From Actinomycetota bacterium (lineage in GTDB: Bacteria; Actinomycetota; Acidimicrobiia; Acidimicrobiales; SZUA-35), in assembly GCA_039029335.1 (NCBI GenBank), contig JBCCGJ010000003.1, positions 1 through 56,184 of the forward strand: a DNA stretch of 56,184 nt, in the 5' to 3' direction. A model generated the notes under the pieces. It was not told the DNA's origin, ran no database searches, and saw nothing but the letters and a program-made list of their open reading frames with translations. Below are positions 45,852-54,698 of the stretch, piece after piece. Position numbers and translations under genes: made by a program. The stretch's first letter is position 1. The number at the start of each line of letters is the position of its first letter.

Positions 45852-46142
45852 ATGTACGAACGGCACCCGGTCAAGGAATACGCCACCGCGGTCGGTCCGG
45901 ACGGTCAGCTGATCGACGTTCGTGAGCCCCACGAGGTTGCGGAAGGAACGCTGCCGGGAGCGATCAACATCCCGCTCGGTGACCTGCCGTCCCGTCTGGC
46001 GGAGATCGATCAGGGCCGGCGGGTTGTCCTGCTGTGTCGCAGCGGCGGCCGGAGTGGTCAGGCCGCCGAGTTCCTCATGCAGTCCGGCTACGCCGATGTG
46101 GTCAACCTCGTCGGTGGCATGCTGGGCATGGCCGAAGACTGA
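45852..46142 (+). CDS. Rhodanese-like sulfurtransferase domain protein
   Basis: LIDVREPHE, GAINIP, CRSGGRS and LVGGM motifs; GAGGAG RBS. Confidence 0.88.
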   Translation: MYERHPVKEYATAVGPDGQLIDVREPHEVAEGTLPGAINIPLGDLPSRLAEIDQGRRVVLLCRSGGRSGQAAEFLMQSGYADVVNLVGGMLGMAED

Positions 46143-46164
46143 CCGATCGGCCGGTTCGGTTCGA

Positions 46165-46482
46165 CTATTTCCGTTCGACCTCGACGAACGACATCGGTTC
46201 CTGTCCGTCGTTCACCACGTTGTGGTGGGCCCCGGCCACGCGGTGATAGGCCTCTCCGGCTCTGATCGATGCGTGCTGGGTGGTGCCGTCGGGTGACTCG
46301 ACGAGCATGTGGCAGTCGGTGACGGGTGTGACCACGTAGTCGTACGCATGGGTGTGCCAGCCGGTTTCCTCGCCGGGGGCGAAATCAAACCGGGTGACCC
46401 GCAGGTCGGTGTTGTCGTGGAGTGTGGTGGCCGTTGCCGGCGGCCGCTCCTCGCCGCCGGTGTGATCGGTTTGTTCGCACAT
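46165..46482 (-). CDS. Cupin domain protein
   Basis: PGEETGWHTHAYDYVV and AGAHHNVVN motifs. Confidence 0.85.
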   Translation of the reverse strand: MCEQTDHTGGEERPPATATTLHDNTDLRVTRFDFAPGEETGWHTHAYDYVVTPVTDCHMLVESPDGTTQHASIRAGEAYHRVAGAHHNVVNDGQEPMSFVEVERK

Positions 46483-46781
46483 GGGTATCAGTCTGCTCGT
46501 TCCGGGATGGGGTGGGCGAGTTTTGTCAGCTGGTCCGTGCAGCCTTGCCGGTGATGGGTACTTCTGCCTGGTAGTGGGCAGATTTACTGTTTGTGAAGAG
46601 AATGCCGGCGCTTTGGGCGCGAAGAAGTGCTCTTTTTCCGTTTGGGCACATAATCTCCCTACTTCGGGTCATGGTGCCCTGGTTTGTACGCTCGAAAACC
46701 GTCAGGTTGCATACAAGTCGCCGAGTGATGGGCTTCGGCGTGGCACCCGGTCGACGATGACCGGTTGGAACGGAGGTTCGC

Positions 46782-48374
46782 ATGACCAGCTATATGTCCG
46801 ACATCGAGTCCCTGCAGTCCCTGGTGGAGAGCAACGGGCGCCCGTGGGCGGCGATCAACCCCGAGTATGCAACTCGGATGAAGCTCCAGAACCGGTTCAA
46901 GACCGGCTTGGACATCGCCAAGTACACCGCAGCCATCATGCGGCGGGACATGGCCGAGTACGACGCAGACTCCGCCTCCTACACCCAGAGCCTCGGTTGC
47001 TGGCACGGTTTCATCGGCCAGCAGAAGATGATCTCGATCAAGAAGCATCACGGCTCAACGGCAAAACGCTACCTCTACCTCTCCGGCTGGATGGTGGCCG
47101 CCCTCCGTTCCGAGCTCGGTCCGCTGCCCGATCAGTCGATGCACGAAAAGACCACCGTTCCGGAACTGGTCGAGGAGCTGTACACCTTCCTCAAGCAGGC
47201 CGACGCCCGGGAGCTCAACCACATCTTCCGTGAACTCGACGAGGCCAGGGCCGCCGGCGACGCCGAGGCCGAACAGACCGCGTTGAACGCCATCGACAAC
47301 TTCGAGACCCATGTGGTCCCGATCATCGCCGACATCGACGCCGGGTTCGGTAACGAGGAGGCCACCTACCTGCTGGCCAAGCAGATGATCGAGGCAGGCG
47401 CCTGCGCCATCCAGATCGAGAACCAGGTCTCCGACGCCAAGCAGTGTGGCCACCAGGACGGCAAGGTCACCGTTCCCCACGAGGACTTCCTGGCCAAGAT
47501 CAACGCCGTCCGGTACGCGTTCCTCGAGCTGGGCGTCGATGACGGCATCATCGTCGCCCGCACCGACTCCCTCGGCGCCGGTCTGACCCAGAAGATCCCG
47601 GTCTCCACCGAGGCCGGTGACCTGGCCAGCCAATACCTGGCGTTCCTCGACACCCAGCCGGTGACCCTCGACGAGGTCAACGACGGCGAGGTCGTGCTCA
47701 AGCGTGACGGCCAGCTGGTTCGGCCCATCCGGATGCCGAACGGCCTCTACAAGTTCAAGGACGGCAGCGGTTTCGACCGGGTCGTGCTTGACTGCATCAC
47801 GTCCCTGCAGAACGGCGCGGACCTGCTGTGGATCGAGACCGAGAAGCCCCACGTCGGGCAGATCAAGGGCATGGTCGACGCGGTTCGTGAGGCGGTGCCG
47901 AACGCCAAGCTGGTCTACAACAACTCGCCGTCGTTCAACTGGACCCTCAACTTCCGCCAGCAGGTGTTCGACGCCTGGGGCGACGAGGGCAAGGACCTGT
48001 CGGAGTACGTCCGAGACGACCTGATGAGCGCCGCCTACGACGGGACGCCCCTGGCGGTCGAGGCCGATGCCCGCATCCAGTCGTTCCAGGCGGACGCCGC
48101 CCGTGACGCCGGCATCTTCCATCACTTGATCACCCTGCCGACCTACCACACCGCGGCGCTCTCCACCGATGCGCTGGCCCGTGGCTACTTCGGCAAGGAA
48201 GGCATGCTGGCCTACGTCGCCGGTGTCCAGCGTCGGGAGATCCGCGAGGGCATCGCCACCGTCAAGCACCAGGACATGGCCGGCTCCAACATCGGAGACG
48301 ATCACAAGGAGTACTTCTCCGGCGACCAGGCCCTCCTTGCCGGCGGTAAAGACAACACGATGAACCAGTTCTAA
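46782..48374 (+). CDS. aceA: Isocitrate lyase (long, Pseudomonas-type)
   Basis: YLSGW, IIADIDAGFG, ENQVSDAKQCGHQDGK, ARTDS, WIETEKP and YNNSPSFNW motifs; GGAGG RBS. Confidence 0.95.
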   Translation: MTSYMSDIESLQSLVESNGRPWAAINPEYATRMKLQNRFKTGLDIAKYTAAIMRRDMAEYDADSASYTQSLGCWHGFIGQQKMISIKKHHGSTAKRYLYLSGWMVAALRSELGPLPDQSMHEKTTVPELVEELYTFLKQADARELNHIFRELDEARAAGDAEAEQTALNAIDNFETHVVPIIADIDAGFGNEEATYLLAKQMIEAGACAIQIENQVSDAKQCGHQDGKVTVPHEDFLAKINAVRYAFLELGVDDGIIVARTDSLGAGLTQKIPVSTEAGDLASQYLAFLDTQPVTLDEVNDGEVVLKRDGQLVRPIRMPNGLYKFKDGSGFDRVVLDCITSLQNGADLLWIETEKPHVGQIKGMVDAVREAVPNAKLVYNNSPSFNWTLNFRQQVFDAWGDEGKDLSEYVRDDLMSAAYDGTPLAVEADARIQSFQADAARDAGIFHHLITLPTYHTAALSTDALARGYFGKEGMLAYVAGVQRREIREGIATVKHQDMAGSNIGDDHKEYFSGDQALLAGGKDNTMNQF

Positions 48375-48572
48375 GGACTTATCTCCAGGTGAGCGTTGTC
48401 GGCCGGGGAGTTGCGAAGCAACTCCGTTAGGGGCTGCTCCGCAGCCCCGGCATGAACCAGTTCTAAGGACTGATCTCCAGGTGAGCGTTGTCGGCCGGGG
48501 AGTTGCGAAGCAACTCCGTTAGGGGCTGCTCCGCAGCTCCGGCATGAACCAGTTCTAAGGACTGAGTTCCAG
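48360..48572. repeat. 92-bp tandem repeat (2.3 copies) duplicating the aceA 3' end around a double-hairpin core
   Basis: ATGAACCAGTTCTAAGGACT at 48360, 48452 and 48544. The units differ at only 2 nt. Core hairpins GGAGTTGC-GAA-GCAACTCC and GGGGCTGC-TCC-GCAGCCCC. Confidence 0.9.
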
Positions 48573-48586
48573 AGTTCTACGCAAGC

Positions 48587-48629
48587 AAGCGGGTTGGGGG
48601 CTTTCGGGCCCCGGCCCGCTTCGCGTTTT
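48587..48629 (+). terminator. Rho-independent terminator of aceA
   Basis: AAGCGGGTTGGGG...CCCCGGCCCGCTT stem followed by CGCGTTTT. Confidence 0.7.
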
Positions 48630-48945
48630 GGCGCGGGGGGAACGATAAGCGATTCGGGCGCCCGTTCACTCAGGTCAAGTCGCTCGGGAAACCGTCGGGC
48701 CAGATGTCCACTACGTAGACGACAAGAGCGTCCGGTCGAGGATCCAGGTGATCTCTGGCGATGAATATCCTCGGCAGTCGGCGAAGCGGGCAACGCGTTG
48801 CCCGACCGGTCAGCGCCGGGGGAAGCAGCATTGGGTGGGGATGCCGAGCGTTCCATGGAGGCCACCCAAGTCGTCAATAGTGACAGCGTCTGTTGAGGCC
48901 CGGAGCCGCAGGCGAGCTGATCGCCTGGGTCGACAGCGTTCGGCC

Positions 48946-49671
48946 CTAGCCGGTCAGCTCCTGGGCGAACATTGTCTTGGCGTGCTCGTAGGAGCGGTCG
49001 GCCGCGGCCTCGTAGTAGCCGCCGCCGTACACACCGAAGCCGTGGTCCGCTCCGTCGTGGACCTCGGCTGCTCCCTTGTCGAGGGCGTTGGTGAAGTCGA
49101 TGAAGTCGGTGTTGGCCGAGGCAGGCTGCATCGTGTCCTCTGCGCCGAACCCGACGTACAGCGAGCCGGTGTAGGACGGCACACCGAGGTGGGGCGAGTC
49201 ATCGTCCTCGGTTGTGCAGAACGACGGGTGAAGGGCGACCCCGGCCCGGAACTGCTCACCCCGGTCCCGGATGGTGATCAGGACGGAACGGGCACCGATG
49301 CAGTAGCCGATACAGCCCATCGGTCCGGTCCCGGCCGCCGGGTCGGATGCCACCCAGTCGAGCAGCGCCCCAAGGTCCTCGGCCACCAGATCCTCACCGG
49401 TGGCGAGGATCATGCCGAACATCTTCTGGATCTCCGCATCCTCCCTGCCGGCCATCTGATACCACGGTTCGGCGCGGTGGTACCGGTCGTGAGAGACCAC
49501 GTAGTACCCCCACTCGGCGATGCGGGCCATGGTGTCCTTCGAGCCCTGGTCGAGGCCGGGGCCGTGGTGGAAGGACACCACGACGGGGAACGGGCCGTCG
49601 CCCTCCGGTCGGACGATGTGTACCCCCATGGGGCCGGTCGGGGTGTCGATGGTCTCGGTTTGGCTGTGCAT
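48946..49671 (-). CDS. Dienelactone hydrolase family
   Basis: GCIGYCIGA nucleophile and ADHGF motifs; ATG at 49671. Confidence 0.88.
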   Translation of the reverse strand: MHSQTETIDTPTGPMGVHIVRPEGDGPFPVVVSFHHGPGLDQGSKDTMARIAEWGYYVVSHDRYHRAEPWYQMAGREDAEIQKMFGMILATGEDLVAEDLGALLDWVASDPAAGTGPMGCIGYCIGARSVLITIRDRGEQFRAGVALHPSFCTTEDDDSPHLGVPSYTGSLYVGFGAEDTMQPASANTDFIDFTNALDKGAAEVHDGADHGFGVYGGGYYEAAADRSYEHAKTMFAQELTG

Positions 49672-49727
49672 GGGCCAACTATCGTCGTTCGAGCGCAGCC
49701 GAACAAGCCAAACCCGTGTGGGACCGG

Positions 49728-51122
49728 TCAGAACAGGCCGAGGGGTTCGGGGGCTCCTGCGAGGACCGAGGCCGCCTCCACCCCCAGCCACTCCTGGGCC
49801 AGCGACGCCAGGTACCGGTCGAAGCCGATCGTCGTCCGAAGGTTGTCGTCCTCGTCCAGCTCGCCGAGGGATGGTCGCTCACCCACCAGGCCGGTCACAC
49901 CGGTCTCCGTCGACGCACCGGCGATGAGCATCGTCGACGCCGAGCCGTGGTCCAGGCCGCTACCGTTTTCCGGCACCCGGCGGCCGAACTCGCTGACGGT
50001 GGCCACCACCACCCGGTCGGCGAACCCCAGCTCGTCGGCTCTGGTGAGAAAGCCGTCCACCGCGGCGTCGACCTGGGCGAGGTTGTCTGTGTGGCGCCAG
50101 AGGTGATCCACGTGGGTGTCGTAGTCTCCGGTGCCGGCGTAGACCACCCGGGTGCCGACGTCGGCGGCGATCAGCTCGGCGGCCAGGTACAGCTGATGGC
50201 CGAGGTCGCCGCCCTGGGCGATCATCGGCTGCTCCCAGTCCAGCTCCTCCCCGTCGGTGTCCAACCGCTCCGCCAGGTCGATCAGCCGGGCGTACCCGTC
50301 GGCGACCGGACCAGGGGCGAATGCAGCAAGCTGTTCCCGAAAGACCCGCATCTCGTCCCAGCCGTCCTCCCGCAGCATCCACAGGTCGTTCGAGTCCGAG
50401 AGGGAGAGTGTGGCCCCGGCGGCGTTCGCCAGATACGGCGACGAGCCCGTGGTGGACACCCCGACCAGCGGCGAACCGTCGTTGACGGCGTCCACCAGCC
50501 TGGCCAGGAATCCGGTACGGAGGTGGGCGTTCTCGCCGTCCACGTCACCCCGCTGCCATCGTGCGGCCATGTCGAAGTGCGACAGGTCACCGTTGATCGG
50601 ACCGACCCCCTCCACCGCCAACACACCCCGCCGGTGCAGACGGGCCAGCGACGGGTGAAGGCCGACCGTCTCGTCGACGGTCAACACACGGTCCTCGGGG
50701 ATCGCAAGGTCGGGACGAAGGTCGTAGTAGCGACCGGTTCCGTAGGGCACCAGCGTCGAGAGACCGTCGTTCCCGCCGAACAGGTCGACGATCACCAGCA
50801 CCCGCCCGTCGACGGCGTCCGACAGGAGCCGACCGGTCGACTCGGGCGCTGTGTCGAGGTTGACACCCCGGCGGGTCGAGCCGGAGGTGGCCGGTCCGGT
50901 TGCGGCTCCCGGTGACGAGGAGCCGAGACCACCCAGGCCGCAGCCCGCCACGGCTGCGCCGCCGGCGGTCACCAGACCTGCCGCCAACGCTCGATGGAGG
51001 AACGCCCGGCGGGACAGCGCCATACGCCGCCGGTTGGATTGCGCTGATGAGAAGGTCCGAGGGCCACAGCCGGAGCAGTGGGATCCGTGGGCGGGATCGG
51101 GGACGTGCGGTTTGTCGGTCAT
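49728..51122 (-). CDS. DUF1501 family protein with Tat (lipo)protein signal
   Basis: SRRAFL twin-arginine, VAGC, GGNDGLSTLVP, SHFD, YDTH and SEFGRRVPENGSGLDHG motifs. ATGA overlap with the DUF1800 gene. Confidence 0.85.
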   Translation of the reverse strand: MTDKPHVPDPAHGSHCSGCGPRTFSSAQSNRRRMALSRRAFLHRALAAGLVTAGGAAVAGCGLGGLGSSSPGAATGPATSGSTRRGVNLDTAPESTGRLLSDAVDGRVLVIVDLFGGNDGLSTLVPYGTGRYYDLRPDLAIPEDRVLTVDETVGLHPSLARLHRRGVLAVEGVGPINGDLSHFDMAARWQRGDVDGENAHLRTGFLARLVDAVNDGSPLVGVSTTGSSPYLANAAGATLSLSDSNDLWMLREDGWDEMRVFREQLAAFAPGPVADGYARLIDLAERLDTDGEELDWEQPMIAQGGDLGHQLYLAAELIAADVGTRVVYAGTGDYDTHVDHLWRHTDNLAQVDAAVDGFLTRADELGFADRVVVATVSEFGRRVPENGSGLDHGSASTMLIAGASTETGVTGLVGERPSLGELDEDDNLRTTIGFDRYLASLAQEWLGVEAASVLAGAPEPLGLF

Positions 51123-52348
51123 GCGAGCTGAAACTCCGGGCTGCTGAGGGCGAGCCGCCAGGTGGTAAGCCTGGCCGCTTCGGGGGACAGGGTCTCGTGG
51201 CCGGCGGCGGCGTCGATCACCGCTCTGGTCGCGGCACTGATCTCGTACAGGCCGCACCGGTCCAGGACTTCGGTGGCGGTGCCGGACCGCCCGTGCGCAA
51301 CGCGGTCCAGATCGATCTCGGCCAGCAGGGACAGCCGACCGAGCAGGGAGCCGGGCAGCAGCCAACGGTCATCGGCCGGCCACCCCCCGACGTTCGGCGG
51401 GCGGTACGGCACCTGGTCGAGCGGCTCGAGATGCCACGGGGACACCTGGGACGCACCGAGCGCGGAGTGAGCTGCGCAGTACCACTCCAGGCCGGTCCGA
51501 GGCCGGTTCAATCGGGCGTCCGCCGCCGCCGGGTCGGTGAGGATCCGTTCCACCAACGGCAGGATCTCCAACTCCTGGTCCTGCCACCATCGGCCCAGCT
51601 CGGCCGCGCCGTCTGGCGTGAGCTCGGTGCCGAGAAGGTGATGCCACAGCATGGCGGCGATGTTGGCTGCGGTCTCCGGCTGATCACAGAGGTGGTCGAC
51701 GATCTTTGTGGTGTCCCAGGTGTCCTGAACGCCGCGGAACAGCAGCGGTGCGACGAAGGCGTGCTCCCGTCGCCAGCTGACCTCACCGTCCTCGACAACC
51801 CAACCGGCCAGAGCCCGTGCCGCGGCCCGGACGTCGTCCTGGGTGTAGTTTCCGGGGCCGATCGTGAACAGTTCCATGAGCTCCCTGCCGAGGTTCTCGT
51901 TCGGGTTCGAGGCCATCGACCACGAGGCGTCGAGAAACTCGAGCAGCGCGCCGCTGGTGACAAACGCATGGAGCAGCTCCCGGTAGTTGCCGGTGGCGTT
52001 CGCCCGCAGCACGGTCAGCTGGTCGGCCACCAGTCGAGCATCACCGACCTTCCCGGCGTGTGTGGTGAGCAGGGTGTGCCAGAACCACGTCAGCCGTTCG
52101 GCGATCCCGCTGCCCGGTGCCACCATCTGCTCCAACCACCACTGGACCACCTGGCCCCAGTCGTCGTCCGGTGCGGGGACCTGGCCGGCGGCCCCGTTGC
52201 CGGCCTCCTGGAGCAGTTCGGTGACACCGTCGGTCCACGACAGCCCGGCGAAGCGATCGATCCGGTCCTGATCGACCCGCAACGTCGCTCGGCGGAGGAG
52301 GTGAGCGGCCCGGGCTCTGTCGGGATCTCTGGTCTGCAGTTCGGCCAT
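51119..52348 (-). CDS. DUF1800 family protein
   Basis: AAHLLRRA, ERLTWFWH, PNENLGRELMELFTIG, PPNVGGW and SPEFQL motifs; ATG 52348 after TACGGT. Confidence 0.88.
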   Translation of the reverse strand: MAELQTRDPDRARAAHLLRRATLRVDQDRIDRFAGLSWTDGVTELLQEAGNGAAGQVPAPDDDWGQVVQWWLEQMVAPGSGIAERLTWFWHTLLTTHAGKVGDARLVADQLTVLRANATGNYRELLHAFVTSGALLEFLDASWSMASNPNENLGRELMELFTIGPGNYTQDDVRAAARALAGWVVEDGEVSWRREHAFVAPLLFRGVQDTWDTTKIVDHLCDQPETAANIAAMLWHHLLGTELTPDGAAELGRWWQDQELEILPLVERILTDPAAADARLNRPRTGLEWYCAAHSALGASQVSPWHLEPLDQVPYRPPNVGGWPADDRWLLPGSLLGRLSLLAEIDLDRVAHGRSGTATEVLDRCGLYEISAATRAVIDAAAGHETLSPEAARLTTWRLALSSPEFQLA

Positions 52349-52433
52349 GTTTGCACCGTAGAAAACGGCCGATGATGACTTCGTGAGGGCCGCCTTCATG
52401 TGTTCTTCACCTCCGCCGTGCGACAATGAGCCG

Positions 52434-53126
52434 GTGAGACTGCTGGTGGTCGAAGACGACCAATCGCTGGCCAAGGTCCTGGTGCGAGGCCTGACGGAGG
52501 AGGGCCACGCAGTCGATCACGCGGCAACCTCGGCGGCCGCGCTGGAGGCGCACGGCGTCCACCGCTACGACCTGGTTGTGCTGGACCTCGGCCTGCCAGA
52601 CGGGGACGGTCTGTCCATCTGTCGGGCCATTCGCGACGGCGGGGACCCCACGCCCATCCTCATGTTGACCGCCCGGGACGGCCTGTCCGACAAGGTGGCG
52701 GGCCTTGACGCCGGTGCTGACGACTACCTGACAAAACCGTTCGCCTACCCGGAGCTCGCCGCCAGGGTCCGGGCGCTGCTGCGGAGACCGAAGGACGCCG
52801 TTGGTCCGGTGCTGGAATGGGGAGACCTGAAGCTTGACCCGGCGGCCCACACGGTGTGGCGGGGGGCGATCATGATCCCGCTGACCCCGCGGGAGTTCAG
52901 CCTGCTCGACTTCCTGCTTCGCCACCCGGATGCGGTGTGCACCAGGGAGGACCTGCTCGAGCACGTCTGGGACGCTCACTATGACGGGCTGTCGAACGTG
53001 GTCGACGTCCACATCGCCAACCTGCGTCGCAAGCTGAGCCTGCCGGACCGACCGGACCCCATCGAGACGGTGCGGGGCGTCGGCTATCGGTTGGCGGGTG
53101 AGCAACGCTCGGAGCAAACCGCATGA
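52434..53126 (+). CDS. OmpR-family response regulator
   Basis: LLVVEDD, LDLGLPDGDG, GADDYLTKPF and ETVRGVGY motifs. Confidence 0.93.
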   Translation: MRLLVVEDDQSLAKVLVRGLTEEGHAVDHAATSAAALEAHGVHRYDLVVLDLGLPDGDGLSICRAIRDGGDPTPILMLTARDGLSDKVAGLDAGADDYLTKPFAYPELAARVRALLRRPKDAVGPVLEWGDLKLDPAAHTVWRGAIMIPLTPREFSLLDFLLRHPDAVCTREDLLEHVWDAHYDGLSNVVDVHIANLRRKLSLPDRPDPIETVRGVGYRLAGEQRSEQTA

Positions 53127-54304
53127 CCGATCGTTGGCGGATCGGGTGGACCGCGGTGGCGGTTGGTGTGGCGCTGGTGATCATTGCTCCACTCGGCTAT
53201 CTCGGTTTTCGACAGGAGATGGCAGGCATAAAGGCCGAGACCGAGGCCTGGGCGGTCTACAAAGTGGAGACCGCCCTGCTGGATCGGATCGCCGATGTGG
53301 ACCGGGACCCTCCGGACAACACGTGGCTGGTCAACACGGAGGGCGGTTGGTCCGAGCCTGCGGGGGAGACCTGGACGGAGCCACCGCTGCTCAGCCTCGC
53401 CGACGCCGCCCTCGGTGGCACGGCCACCCGGGAGTACAACTTCGAGGGCGACTGGTTGGCCTATGCGGTCTGGGTCGGCGAGGACAACGTTGTGGTGGCC
53501 GTCGTCGATCGAGGCGGTGAGATCGAGGAGATCGGAGCGGCCCGGTTGCGATGGTCGGCCCTCATGCTCGGGGCGGCATTGGTTGCCGGTTTTGTCGCCT
53601 ACCTGGTGCTCGGCCGGATGCAGCGGCCGGTTCGGCAGGCCCACGTGGTGAATCGGGACTTCATCGCCGACGCGGCCCATGAGTTGCGTACCCCGCTGTC
53701 GATCATCCAGGCCTCGGCCGGATTTGCACTTGCCAGGGAGCGGGACCCGGTGGACTATCGGGAGTCGTTGACCGAGATCCTGGACGCCAGCGAGCGGGCG
53801 GGGGCCAGCGTCGGTGAACTGTTGGAATTCGCCAGGCTGGAGGCCGGTCAGGCATCGCTGCGGCTGGCTCCGCTGCGGTTGGATCTACTGGTCGAGGAGG
53901 TGGCCGCCTCGGTTCGGGTGGAGAACGTCACCGTGCAGGCCGCCCCCGGCGAGGCGGTGGTTGTCGAGGCCGACTACAACCTCCTCCGTCAGGTGATCGA
54001 CAACATCACCCGCAATGCCGCGGCCAGGGCCGACAAGGTCACGCTGGCCACCAAGCTGGACGCCAGGGAGGCGATCATCGAGGTGGTCGACGACGGGCCC
54101 GGATTCGATCCCGGCGTGATCGATCACGTCTTCGAGCGGTTCCGTCGCGGTGATCAGGCGGGGTCAGTCGGCCTCGGCATGGCGATCGCCCGGACCATCG
54201 TCGAACTGCACAACGGCTCCTGCGCCGCGGCGAATCGGTCCGCGGACGAGGGCGGCGGCGCGGTGGTCACCATCCGCCTTCCCTACAAATCGTCGCTGGT
54301 CTAA
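53123..54304 (+). CDS. Sensor histidine kinase
   Basis: Two TMs, ADAAHELRTPL H-box, DDGPG and GLGMAIA motifs; ATGA overlap with the response regulator. Confidence 0.93.
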   Translation: MTDRWRIGWTAVAVGVALVIIAPLGYLGFRQEMAGIKAETEAWAVYKVETALLDRIADVDRDPPDNTWLVNTEGGWSEPAGETWTEPPLLSLADAALGGTATREYNFEGDWLAYAVWVGEDNVVVAVVDRGGEIEEIGAARLRWSALMLGAALVAGFVAYLVLGRMQRPVRQAHVVNRDFIADAAHELRTPLSIIQASAGFALARERDPVDYRESLTEILDASERAGASVGELLEFARLEAGQASLRLAPLRLDLLVEEVAASVRVENVTVQAAPGEAVVVEADYNLLRQVIDNITRNAAARADKVTLATKLDAREAIIEVVDDGPGFDPGVIDHVFERFRRGDQAGSVGLGMAIARTIVELHNGSCAAANRSADEGGGAVVTIRLPYKSSLV

Positions 54305-54350
54305 CTGCCGCCGTCTGGCTGGTCTCCACGTGTCGTACCCTGAAGGAACG

Positions 54351-54635
54351 ATGAGCTCCCCGGAGAAGAACAGCGACCGGATCGAACAGATCGACCTGTA
54401 CTGGCGGCCCGGCTGACCGTATTGCCTGGCTCTCAAGGCCGGTCTGCGGTTCGCAGGCATCTCAACCGTCAAACACAACATCTGGGACAACCCGGCGGAC
54501 GCGGCAAAGGTCCGCAGCGTGGCCAACGGCAACGAGACCGTGCCGACGGTTTTTATCGGCGGGCACGCCATGGTCAACCCGACCGCCCGCCAGGTGAAGA
54601 AGGCCGCCAGGGAACTGGCCCCGCATCTCCTCTAG
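54351..54635 (+). CDS. Mycoredoxin/glutaredoxin-like selenoprotein with UPYC active site
   Basis: MSSPEKNSDRIEQIDLYWRPG-TGA(54414-54416)-PYCLALKAGLRFAGISTVKHNIWDNPADAAKVRSVANGNETVPTVFIGGHAMVNPTARQV...LL-TAG. The TGA sits at the first Cys of YWRPGCxxC. GAAGGA RBS. Confidence 0.87.
54423..54459 (+). promoter_or_regulatory. Putative bacterial SECIS hairpin
   Basis: Either UGCCUG...CAGGCA enclosing GGCC-GGUCUGC-GGUU (GGUC at nt 25 after UGA), or GUCUGC-GGUUC-GCAGGC. Both give a G-initiated apical loop at SECIS-compatible distance. Confidence 0.55.
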
Positions 54636-54698
54636 CGGGAGCCCGAACGAACCGGCCAGGGTGGCGGCGCAACGAGGCGACGTCGGTAGGGTCGACGG

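Noticed and set aside
46580-46650. RamB-type operator upstream of aceA (TTTGTGAAG)
   Set aside because: Only a partial resemblance and a single clear copy, so it is not supportable as a feature.
48360-48572. CRISPR array (three direct repeats with regular spacing)
   Set aside because: The intervening sequences are nearly identical rather than unique, the repeat is the aceA 3' end, and no cas genes are present.
1466-50915. Long alternative ORFs such as 1466-3166, 8703-10508, 13271-14623, 17077-18564, 29739-31571, 47055-48305, 48748-50106 and 49347-50915
   Set aside because: They are antisense or off-frame shadows of well-supported genes, expected in high-GC DNA, with no recognisable motifs.
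32557-54635. Genome-wide TGA reassignment (Trp/Gly) as the explanation for the in-frame TGAs
   Set aside because: Many genes here end at TGA with ATGA/GTGA overlaps, and both read-through TGAs align with catalytic Cys positions.
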